In this document: positions 1 through 7,553 of the stretch, in pieces
Layout of the letters: each line of letters starts with the position of its first letter
How positions within the stretch are numbered: the first letter of the stretch is position 1
Origin: Candidatus Micrarchaeota archaeon
Lineage (GTDB): Archaea > Micrarchaeota > Micrarchaeia > Anstonellales > J096
NCBI GenBank assembly: GCA_027024255.1
Contig: JALVSQ010000034.1
Span: forward strand, 34,194 to 73,379
Length of the DNA: 39,186 nucleotides
Direction: 5' to 3'
Notes under the pieces: generated by a model
What the model saw: the letters and a program-made list of their open reading frames with translations, nothing else
Database searches by the model: none
Told to the model about the DNA's origin: nothing
Program-made: the position numbers and the translations under genes

Positions 1-40
<40 letters not shown>

Positions 41-191
41 GATAAAGGCATTCCCTGTGCGACTTGAAAGAGAAACGAAGACGGCGGGTTTCCGCATTGC
101 GCCTCGATATGAACGAATTCACATCAAAGCTGTTTATCTAACCAAATGTTTAAAAAGAGAAGCTCATCTTAATCTCCACAGGTGAGGCAAT

Positions 192-851
192 ATGGATTTG
201 AGAAAATTATTGTTAGCCTTTGTATTGGTGGTAACTGTTAGTCTGGCTATACAGCCGGTTCATAACTGGACGAACGGGTCTCAGTACAAATACAGCCCAG
301 GAAGTGCAACTGCATTTACAACTGAAGGAGGAAATGTTACAGAGGTCAACATAAGCCAGAACATTTCAACAGAGAAATGGGCAGGTATATGGGGAAACAT
401 TACAGGTAACATACTCTTAGGTGACGGAACCAGTGTGTTCTACTCTTGGGCTTGGAGTGCATCAAGCGGAGGTATTATATGTGCTCAACCAGGCACCTCA
501 GCAGACTTTGATTGGACTTCAATGGCAACAACAACGGCCGGGGATGTAGATAATGCATTCAGCTTTAACACAGCTGATGTGGATTCGGCAACAAACACAT
601 TGACAGCCGCTTGTTCAGTCACAGTTTCAGGAAACACAGTAAACAGCGTGGGTGTTACAGCAAGTGGATTTACAACCTGTGCGATTGAAGATACAGCCAC
701 ACCGACCACAACAGACTTGGCATTCTGTACAGATATAAGTACAGGAACAACAATTTTCAATGGTCAGACAGCAGATTATGCATTGATGCTGCCAACCAAT
801 GAACAAGCAGGTCAAGCACAGGATTATGTCTTCTGGCTCGAGCTAAGCTGA
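192..851 (+). CDS. secreted, N-glycosylation-sequon-rich protein of unknown family (paralog A)
   Basis: N-terminal hydrophobic signal (MDLRKLLLAFVLVVTVSLAIQ). Six N-x-S/T sequons and no C-terminal anchor. Clear paralogy to the next ORF (KWAGIWGNITGNI, SVFYSWAW, DVDNAF, FNGQTADY, C-terminal DYVFWLELS). GGTGAGG lies just upstream of the ATG. Confidence 0.75.
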   Translation: MDLRKLLLAFVLVVTVSLAIQPVHNWTNGSQYKYSPGSATAFTTEGGNVTEVNISQNISTEKWAGIWGNITGNILLGDGTSVFYSWAWSASSGGIICAQPGTSADFDWTSMATTTAGDVDNAFSFNTADVDSATNTLTAACSVTVSGNTVNSVGVTASGFTTCAIEDTATPTTTDLAFCTDISTGTTIFNGQTADYALMLPTNEQAGQAQDYVFWLELS

Positions 852-884
852 TTTCTAAATCTCTTTATTTTGTTTTTTATTTTC

Positions 885-1535
885 ATGAAATATCTACTTT
901 TTTTTGTATTTGTTTTGCTTGAATTAACTGCTTTCTCTATTCAATGGGTTCAGAATTTTACTGCGTCACCTTTTCAAAGATATTCCCAAATTCCTTATTC
1001 TATATATGTTGAAGGAGGGAACAAAACACAACTTAACTTGATGATGAATTCAACAACACGTAAATGGGCAGGTGTGTTTGGTAATATTACAGGAAACATT
1101 ATCATATCAAATAATGCATCTGTTTTTTATTCATGGCTCTGGAATGGTAGTGGTGTTGTGTGTGCTGAACCCAACCTGCCTGTATTTGATTGGCCTAATG
1201 TTGAAAAAGCAGGAGCTCAGGACGTAGATAATGTCTTTGGCTTTTCAATAGGAGATGTGGACTCATCTTTCAACACATTTACTGGGAAATGTAACATATC
1301 TGTTGCAGGCAAACTCATCTCAGATGCTCCATGCAAAAGCACAGGAGAATTCAAAACAATAATCCTTAGGGATAGAGGTTACTCCGTAGGAAAGGAAAAT
1401 TTGGTTTTTTGCACATCAATCCAGGAAAATTCAACTATATTCAATGGAGGAACAGCAGATTATGAATTACTTATTCCAACAAATGAAGCATTGGGAGAAG
1501 TACAGGATTACGTTTTCTGGCTCGAGCTAACTTAA
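885..1535 (+). CDS. secreted, N-glycosylation-sequon-rich protein of unknown family (paralog B)
   Basis: The same conserved blocks as 192-851 (KWAGVFGNITGNI, SVFYSWLW, DVDNVF, FNGGTADY, C-terminal DYVFWLELT). Eight N-x-S/T sequons. I prefer the ATG at 885 (MKYLLFFVFVLL signal) over the TTG at 870 used by the ORF track. Confidence 0.75.
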   Translation: MKYLLFFVFVLLELTAFSIQWVQNFTASPFQRYSQIPYSIYVEGGNKTQLNLMMNSTTRKWAGVFGNITGNIIISNNASVFYSWLWNGSGVVCAEPNLPVFDWPNVEKAGAQDVDNVFGFSIGDVDSSFNTFTGKCNISVAGKLISDAPCKSTGEFKTIILRDRGYSVGKENLVFCTSIQENSTIFNGGTADYELLIPTNEALGEVQDYVFWLELT

Positions 1536-3253
1536 TTTATTCTAAAATGTTTTTTATGTTTTCTAACATTCCTTTCCCATTCTCTTAACCTCTCTCCTAA
1601 GAACATTTCCAGAAGCTCATCAGGCTCACCGCTTTTCCCGAATGAATTTAAAGATATGAACTCAACATTAACTCTTAACCCATGCTTTGCTATTATTTTT
1701 GCTATTATTCTGCCTAAATGCTCTCTATGGCTTTCAACAACTGCTATCTCATTAAAGCAGTTCAATAGCTCTGCTATCTCCTTCTCATTTGTATGGGCAA
1801 GTGAGAGTGTAGGTACATTTACTATTCCTGCCTTCGTATGCTTCATTGAATAATGCAAAGCTTCTCCGTAAGATAGAATGAGATAATTCCCTTTTCTTAT
1901 TATATCTATGCTTCCGAGCTTAAATTCAGGAATATATTTAAACAGGATGGGCCATTTGCTCCTCCCAGTTCTTATGTAAACTGCTTTATCATACTTCATT
2001 GCCCAATCAACAACTGCGATAGCCTGATTTGCATCAATAGGCACAATCACAGGTAAGCCAAGGGACTCAGCGAGTGAAATATCTTCTAAAGCCTGATGGG
2101 TTGCCCCATCTTTACCTACATCAAGTCCGCCGTGAGTACCTACATATATTATCTTAAATCCACTTATTTGATTAAGCCTTATCTGGTCAAATGCCCTACC
2201 TACAACAAATGCTGCAAAAGAACCGACAACAGGCAAAAATCCCTCTGCTGCAAGACCACCTGCAAAGCTTGCAGTGAACTGCTCTCTTATGCCTGTCTCA
2301 ATGTATTCTTTAAACTTAACCGATGTGCCCAAATCAGGAGATAGAACAATTATCTGCTTATTTTTCTTTCTCCACTCTTCAATCCTTTCTCCAATTGCTT
2401 TTCTTACAGCTATTGGCTCTTTATAAGGCACATGCCTTTCAGGTTCTTCAATTAAAGGCTCTTGCTTTGCAAACACATAACCTCCTTTATTTGATGAGGG
2501 TTTTATATCAACATGTACAGGTGGAACCTTTCCATGATACTTCACAGGGTTCATTTCAACTTCTTTAAACCCTTTGCCTTTCACAGTATCTGCAATTATA
2601 ACCTTTAGCTTATCTCCTTTCATGTGTCTTTCAATGCTCTTTATGTTGTGACCGTTTATTCTAACAAGCTTTACACCATACTTCTTTGCCATTAGAGGAA
2701 GAACTTCGATAAACTTACTGTTGGCTGATGTTTTTCCAGTCAGTTGATACCTGTTGTTGTCTATTATTATAGTCAGGTTTGAGAAATCCTCTTTATGGGT
2801 AAACACATAGTCAAGTGTTTCAAATGCCTGGCCTTCCTGCAATTCACCATCTCCAACTATTGCATAGACCCTTTCTTTGTTTCCCTTTAACTTTCTTGCG
2901 TATGCCATGCCTGCTGCTATGCTTATGCCCTGACCAAGTGAGCCTGTTGTAGCAGGAATCAACCCATCTACTCTCTCAGGATGGCCCTGAAAAATAGCAT
3001 TAGGTTTTCTCAGGTTTTCAACAAACTCTTTTTCAGATACATAACCATTGACTGCTAAGCCTGCATAAAGAGCAGGAGCCCCATGGCCCTTTGAAAGCAC
3101 AATATCGTTTGGCTTAGCCCCGTTTCCCAGCAATGCATTGATTATCTCAACAATTGATAAAGAACCACCAGGATGTCCTGACTTGGCATTCTGAATACTT
3201 TTTATTATGAGTTTTCTCATCCTTTCTGATTTTAGCTTTAAGTTATTGCCCAC
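1532..3253 (-). CDS. tkt: transketolase, with the N-terminal (TPP-binding) and C-terminal (pyrimidine-binding) halves fused in one 573-aa polypeptide
   Basis: SGHPGGSLS motif near the N-terminus and the TPP motif GDGELQEGQ. The second half contains GIREQ...FAAF...RAFDQIR, typical of the transketolase pyrimidine-binding and C-terminal part. Confidence 0.85.
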   Translation of the reverse strand: MGNNLKLKSERMRKLIIKSIQNAKSGHPGGSLSIVEIINALLGNGAKPNDIVLSKGHGAPALYAGLAVNGYVSEKEFVENLRKPNAIFQGHPERVDGLIPATTGSLGQGISIAAGMAYARKLKGNKERVYAIVGDGELQEGQAFETLDYVFTHKEDFSNLTIIIDNNRYQLTGKTSANSKFIEVLPLMAKKYGVKLVRINGHNIKSIERHMKGDKLKVIIADTVKGKGFKEVEMNPVKYHGKVPPVHVDIKPSSNKGGYVFAKQEPLIEEPERHVPYKEPIAVRKAIGERIEEWRKKNKQIIVLSPDLGTSVKFKEYIETGIREQFTASFAGGLAAEGFLPVVGSFAAFVVGRAFDQIRLNQISGFKIIYVGTHGGLDVGKDGATHQALEDISLAESLGLPVIVPIDANQAIAVVDWAMKYDKAVYIRTGRSKWPILFKYIPEFKLGSIDIIRKGNYLILSYGEALHYSMKHTKAGIVNVPTLSLAHTNEKEIAELLNCFNEIAVVESHREHLGRIIAKIIAKHGLRVNVEFISLNSFGKSGEPDELLEMFLGERLREWERNVRKHKKHFRIN

Positions 3254-3285
3254 ATATTAATGTTGGGCAGGAGTTTTTATATCTT

Positions 3286-5235
3286 TTGGACAATAACTGT
3301 ATTGTGGAAAAAAGCCTGCCTGTAATTATAGACCCTGATAAAGAACCATCTCTGCAAGAGGATTTAACCAGGGAAAGAACATATCAGGAGAAGGCAAAGC
3401 TCTATACTTTTATAATCCAGAGTGAAGATGGAACTGCTTTCCTTGAAAAAGTAGGGAAGGGTTTAATTGATGATGAAAAGGAAGGAGTAAATAAAGGTAT
3501 TGAGAGAGTTCGTGCTTTAATGCCTTATATGAGATATGAATGGGAAAGAGGCTTTGTTAGCAAGTGGTATGAGTATTACATAAAGAAAGGTTTTGATAAA
3601 GATAAAGCCCTTGAATTAGCAAATGAAAAGTTGAATGAAGAGCAGTACGGGATTAAGGCAAGAGATCTCTTCTTCATATTTCTTCCTGAATCCTCTGGCA
3701 GGGTTTTTGCTGTATCAAGAGCAGGAGCAAAAGGTCTTTATCAGTTTATGCCCAAAACAGCAAAAGAGTACGGCTTAAAGACAAATAAAGCAGATTACAG
3801 AACTGACCCTTTGAGAAGTGCTTATGCTGCTGGAAAAATGTTTGCAAGCCTGATGATAAAGGGTTATGATATACTAACTTCAACTGTTGCCTACAATGGA
3901 GGAGAAAAAAGGACATTCTTCAAAAAGAGGTATGAGGATTATTTTACTGAGCTAAAGAGGAAGTGCAGGGTTAAAGGTATGAAAGCTATAAATGTGGAAA
4001 ATTTGGAGTATCCAGGAAGATTTGTTGCCACAATCGCCTATCTTCAGCAAAAAAGGCCTGATATTTATGGAATTGAGCCCTTAAAGTTCAGAATTTTGAG
4101 GGTTAAGTTTCCTTCTGAGCTGTTTAAGGCTTACAGAGTAAAGAGAGGTGATACCCTTATCAGGATTGCCCGCTCTTATGCTAGGAATCCAAGACCTCTT
4201 CTTTACTTACTTAAACTGATGTATGGAAGGAGAATAAGAGCAGGCCAGACGATAATGGTTCCTTTGTTGACAGGCAAGGCATTGGTGAGCAAAGTAGAAT
4301 CACTTGTCAGGGAAAGGTTAAAGTCTTTAAGCATTCCTGAAAGTAAAATAGATGCGTTGGTCTCCCTTAACGATGCTCAGATATGGAGTGGGTTTTTAGG
4401 CAGGTATCCTGCTGTTCTGATAATTCCTGAGACTATCCCTGAACTGAAAGGAGCTAAAATAAAAGAAGTAAGGAAAGAAAAGCAGAAAGAAAAACCAGTT
4501 GAAAAGACAGAAAAGGAGAAAATTAAGCCAGAAGCTTTTAAATCAACAAAAACAAAGATGGTTTACAGCGAGGAAGGATATACCATAATTTATCATAGGG
4601 TTTTACCCAGTCAAACACTTTACGGTATTGCTGCTAATTATGGTGTTTCCATAAGAGCAATAAGAAGATGGAACAATTTGAAGAGTAACAGGATATATGT
4701 AGGGCAAGTCCTTATTATTAAATTGGCTGGGAGATGGGAAAGAGTGGGAACTGTTAAGAGAGGTGAAACGCTATTTGGTGTTAAAGTGAAATATGGAAGA
4801 AGGGCAAAGGCTGCTGTGTTGGGTGGTAGCAGCATTATACTTCCAGGTCAACCTGTAATAAGAAAAGCACCCCTTGTTCCAAAGGTTAAGTTAACCAAGC
4901 ATAGAAATGAAAATGTAGTATATAAAGCAAATACAACTTACATTAACCACGTTGTTAAAGAAGGTCAAACACTCTTCAGCATAGCAAAGAATTACGGTGT
5001 AAGTGTTGAAGATATTATAAGATGGAATGGAGTAACTCCAAGGCTTTTAAGGCCTGGCATGGTTCTTACAATAAAGTTGAAAGGTAGATATGTTTTACTT
5101 GGAAAAGTCAAAAAAGGAGATACAATCACCAAGATAAAAAGAAGATATAGAAGTTATAAAGTATTCGTTCTTGGCTATGGCTGGCCTCTTGGCAGAAATC
5201 TAAAGTCAGGAATGCTAATCTACGGGAAGAAGTAG
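3286..5235 (+). CDS. family-1 lytic transglycosylase (SLT domain) fused to multiple LysM repeats
   Basis: All three SLT signature motifs are present in the correct order: catalytic E-S (LPESSG, Glu codon at 3688-3690), GLYQFMP and AYNGG. Canonical LysM repeats lie at about 4132-4263, 4591-4722 and 4942-5076 (e.g. HVVKEGQTLFSIAKNYGVSVEDIIRWNGV...LRPGMVLTIK), plus two degenerate copies. No N-terminal signal peptide is visible. Confidence 0.8.
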   Translation: MDNNCIVEKSLPVIIDPDKEPSLQEDLTRERTYQEKAKLYTFIIQSEDGTAFLEKVGKGLIDDEKEGVNKGIERVRALMPYMRYEWERGFVSKWYEYYIKKGFDKDKALELANEKLNEEQYGIKARDLFFIFLPESSGRVFAVSRAGAKGLYQFMPKTAKEYGLKTNKADYRTDPLRSAYAAGKMFASLMIKGYDILTSTVAYNGGEKRTFFKKRYEDYFTELKRKCRVKGMKAINVENLEYPGRFVATIAYLQQKRPDIYGIEPLKFRILRVKFPSELFKAYRVKRGDTLIRIARSYARNPRPLLYLLKLMYGRRIRAGQTIMVPLLTGKALVSKVESLVRERLKSLSIPESKIDALVSLNDAQIWSGFLGRYPAVLIIPETIPELKGAKIKEVRKEKQKEKPVEKTEKEKIKPEAFKSTKTKMVYSEEGYTIIYHRVLPSQTLYGIAANYGVSIRAIRRWNNLKSNRIYVGQVLIIKLAGRWERVGTVKRGETLFGVKVKYGRRAKAAVLGGSSIILPGQPVIRKAPLVPKVKLTKHRNENVVYKANTTYINHVVKEGQTLFSIAKNYGVSVEDIIRWNGVTPRLLRPGMVLTIKLKGRYVLLGKVKKGDTITKIKRRYRSYKVFVLGYGWPLGRNLKSGMLIYGKK

Positions 5236-5724
5236 TTATTTGTTTTCTCCTTTGTAAATCCCTTCATATCCCTTTACTTCATTACTTAGCTTGAAGAATA
5301 TCATCTGTCCTATTCTTGCATTTCTCTTCAAATAAACTCCGTGCTCGTTCTCAACTATTAGTAGGGCTTCACTCCTTCCTTCATATCCAGGATCCCATAA
5401 AGCAGTTTCAAGTGTTACTCCGCTTCTCAGCAATGAACTTCTTGGCAGGCAGATGCCTGCGATGTTCTCTGGAATTCTAACATACTCGTTGAATATTACC
5501 TTATAAGCCCCTCTTTTCAGAAATACATATCCCCTTTCATCAAACTTTAAGGGCTCAACATCACTTATCTTTCTCTCTTCATTTGTAAAATCAATTCTTC
5601 CAGGAGACTTAAATACATAAACTTCTTTAAGTGTTATGTCAAAGCCTGCTGGCTGGAGCTGCTTTTTTAAATCGATGAAAGAATCTACTATGCCAAGTTC
5701 AACTATCTCTCTATTTGTTAGCAT
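5236..5724 (-). CDS. dut: dCTP deaminase/dUTPase family protein; its size (162 aa) fits an archaeal dUTP diphosphatase
   Basis: Family motifs are present: GFDITL, PRSSLLRSGV and WDPGYEGR. The start overlaps the ndk stop (TAATG-type junction), so it is co-transcribed with ndk. Confidence 0.65.
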   Translation of the reverse strand: MLTNREIVELGIVDSFIDLKKQLQPAGFDITLKEVYVFKSPGRIDFTNEERKISDVEPLKFDERGYVFLKRGAYKVIFNEYVRIPENIAGICLPRSSLLRSGVTLETALWDPGYEGRSEALLIVENEHGVYLKRNARIGQMIFFKLSNEVKGYEGIYKGENK

Positions 5725-6185
5725 TACTCATCACTTGCGTATAGAAAATCTTCATAAGCAAGCCTGTAATCAAACAATTCATCTTCTTTAAAGAACCTCT
5801 TTATTTCTTTTTCGGCATTCTCCTTTGAATCACTTGCGTGTATTAAGTTCTTTGATACACTCATGCTGTAATCTCCTCTTATTGAGCCGGGCTCAGCTTC
5901 CCTTCCATTTGTGGAACCAACAATCCTTCTTACGACATCAACAGCATTTCTCCCTTCAACAACAAGGGCAATTATGGGCATAGAAGTCATAAACTTCTCC
6001 AGATCAGGATAGAAAGGCTTTCCAACATGATGACTGTAATGCTCCCTTGCTTTTTCTTCACTCATCTTCATCATCTTCATTCCCACTATTTTCAATCCCT
6101 TTTTTTCGAACCTGCTTATTATTTCTCCAGCCAATCCTCTGTTTATGGCATCTGGCTTTATAAGAATGAGAGTTCTTTCCCTCAT
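5724..6185 (-). CDS. ndk: nucleoside diphosphate kinase
   Basis: ERTLILIKPDA...RGLAGEIISRFEKKGLKIVGMK and the active-site region NLIHASDS. It sits in the conserved archaeal position downstream of rpl24e. Confidence 0.95.
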   Translation of the reverse strand: MRERTLILIKPDAINRGLAGEIISRFEKKGLKIVGMKMMKMSEEKAREHYSHHVGKPFYPDLEKFMTSMPIIALVVEGRNAVDVVRRIVGSTNGREAEPGSIRGDYSMSVSKNLIHASDSKENAEKEIKRFFKEDELFDYRLAYEDFLYASDE

Positions 6186-6370
6186 TTACTCACCTTTTTA
6201 TGGAACTCTCTGTACTTCTTTGTCCATCTAACTTTTCTACCAACTCTGCCGAGCTTTAACGCGTTCTTTTTGCACTTTGATGAGCAGAAGTAAAACACCT
6301 TTCCATCTGCTTTTACATACATGATGCCTTTGCCTTTTGGAATTTCCTTACCGCAAAAATGGCATTGCAT
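6182..6370 (-). CDS. rpl24e: 50S ribosomal protein L24e
   Basis: CHFCGKEIPKGKGIMYVKADGKVFYFCSSKCKKN zinc-ribbon signature, 62 aa. Confidence 0.95.
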   Translation of the reverse strand: MQCHFCGKEIPKGKGIMYVKADGKVFYFCSSKCKKNALKLGRVGRKVRWTKKYREFHKKVSK

Positions 6371-6374
6371 TTTA

Positions 6375-6581
6375 TCACCTTGCCTTTATCTCCCTTGCCT
6401 CTCTTTCTGTTTCTCTTAAAACAACATACATACCTTTGAATACAGGTCCCTTTATGTTTCTCAGGATAACTCTTCCTTCATCCTTTCCTTCAAGTATTTT
6501 GACCAGGCACTGATAAATCTCTCCGTAAACACCTGTTTTACCTTTTATTTCAATAATCTCTGCCAGATAACCTTCATCCAT
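6375..6581 (-). CDS. rps28e: 30S ribosomal protein S28e
   Basis: [16 protein letters not shown]...[19 protein letters not shown]...[11 protein letters not shown] matches the S28e pattern, 68 aa. Confidence 0.95.
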   Translation of the reverse strand: MDEGYLAEIIEIKGKTGVYGEIYQCLVKILEGKDEGRVILRNIKGPVFKGMYVVLRETEREAREIKAR

Positions 6582-6955
6582 TAGCTTTCACCTTCCTTCT
6601 TTGGTTTTGGAAGTCTTTTTATTACATCCTCTAAACTTTCCTTTGCACTTCCTGCATCAACAACAGCAACGCTTGAAGCAGCCACTTTGAGGCCGGCAGC
6701 GTTTCCCAGTTCCTGCTTTGTGCTTACATAGGCAAAGGGGACTCCTTTTTCCTGGCAGAGCTTTGGTAAGTGCATAACTATCTCCGGTGGGTTAACATCC
6801 TCAGCAATAACAACGAGCAATGCTTTACCTCTCTCAACTGCCTTTGTTGTTTCGTTAACCCCTTTCCTTACCTTTCCTGTTTCAGCAGCAGCTTTCACTA
6901 CATTCACTAAATCCTTCTTTACTTCCTCAGGTGTTTCAAACAATACATAGCTCAT
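6581..6955 (-). CDS. rpl7ae: 50S ribosomal protein L7Ae (K-turn binding)
   Basis: [48 protein letters not shown] prefer the ATG at 6955 (MSYVLFE) because GGTGAGGAG lies immediately upstream. The ORF track starts six codons earlier, at 6973. Confidence 0.93.
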   Translation of the reverse strand: MSYVLFETPEEVKKDLVNVVKAAAETGKVRKGVNETTKAVERGKALLVVIAEDVNPPEIVMHLPKLCQEKGVPFAYVSTKQELGNAAGLKVAASSVAVVDAGSAKESLEDVIKRLPKPKKEGES

Positions 6956-7159
6956 CTCCTCACCTCTTTTCATAGGCTCATTGCTAAGGGTTATTTTTAA
7001 GGAATATTTAAAAGCCTTTCTATTTTATTCCTCTAAACTTCGTATTCATAAAAACTTTGGCAAAACTTATCGAGAGATGCCCGTCGGAAAATTACAGAAA
7101 GATTTAAAAACTTTTCCCCTCCAAATTCATCGAAGGAAATATATTCAGAGGTGTGAAAA

Positions 7160-7480
7160 ATGGGAGAAAGAGTAGGAAGAGAAAAGATTAGGAGAGAAGA
7201 AGGATACCTTTATTATGTAGGTAAGGATGGATATGTCTGGGCAGTGCCAATGAGGCACAACAAATACGGCAGAAAGAAAAGAGTTGGAACAGAGAGAATT
7301 GTAAAGCAGGAAGGATACCTTTATTATGTAGGTAAGGATGGATATGTATACAGAGCAAAGATGAACAGAGGAGGCAGGAAAGGAGCCAGGAGAAAGAAGA
7401 GGAGAAAGAAGAAGGCAAAGAAGAAAGCAAAGAAAAAGGCAAAGAAGAAAGCCAAGAAGAAAAAGAAGAGAAGGAGATAA
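7160..7480 (+). CDS. small, very basic protein with two EGYLYYVGKDGYV repeats and a poly-Lys/Ala tail; unknown family
   Basis: GAGGTG Shine-Dalgarno 7 nt upstream of the ATG. An internal perfect 38-nt direct repeat (7199-7236 and 7310-7347) encodes the duplicated motif. The C-terminal 40 aa read RKKRRKKKAKKKAKKKAKKKAKKKKKRRR. Confidence 0.65.
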   Translation: MGERVGREKIRREEGYLYYVGKDGYVWAVPMRHNKYGRKKRVGTERIVKQEGYLYYVGKDGYVYRAKMNRGGRKGARRKKRRKKKAKKKAKKKAKKKAKKKKKRRR

Positions 7481-7490
7481 TTAAACCATC

Positions 7491-7515
7491 TTATTTTTCT
7501 TTTTCTTTCTTTTCT
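7491..7515 (+). terminator. oligo-T tract, a possible archaeal terminator after the basic-protein gene
   Basis: ttatttttctttttctttcttttc lies directly after the stop at 7478-7480. Archaeal termination typically uses T runs. Confidence 0.35.
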
Positions 7516-7521
7516 ATCAAC

Positions 7522-7535
7522 TTTAAAAATATAAA
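7522..7535 (+). promoter_or_regulatory. TATA-box-like element for the giant ORF
   Basis: tttaaaaatataaa is centred about 26 nt upstream of the ATG at 7554, the spacing expected for a leaderless archaeal transcript. Confidence 0.45.
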
Positions 7536-7553
7536 CTTCCTTAATTATAATTG

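Noticed and set aside
41-190. A relatively GC-rich stretch (small GCGG/CCGC and GGCG/CGCC hairpins) between the partial tRNA-Ile and the first CDS. I considered it as a second ncRNA or a long structured tRNA leader.
   Set aside because: I could not fit a tRNA cloverleaf, a 5S rRNA, C/D boxes or any other recognisable RNA signature on either strand. No clear TATA lies 25-30 nt upstream of the tRNA 5' end. It most likely contains the divergent promoters (tttaaaaa near 149-156) plus a leader. This cannot be resolved without transcript data.
1656-2568. Plus-strand ORFs (1656-1853, 2096-2344, 2323-2568) opposite the transketolase gene.
   Set aside because: These are shadow frames inside a gene with unambiguous transketolase motifs, and their composition is Cys/Leu-rich and low-complexity.
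6981-7175. A 64-aa ORF in the rpl7ae / basic-protein intergenic region.
   Set aside because: It starts with TTG in the divergent promoter region, has no Shine-Dalgarno, and runs across the TATA-like elements and the Shine-Dalgarno of the 7160 gene. It is most likely non-coding.
7380-7475. An AAG/AAA/GCA-rich quasi-12-nt repeat, considered as a simple-sequence repeat or non-coding spacer. The antisense ORF at 7188-7442 was considered with it.
   Set aside because: The repeat is in frame with, and forms the (KKKA)n tail of, the 7160-7480 ORF. The antisense ORF is its Leu/Ser/Phe-rich mirror image.
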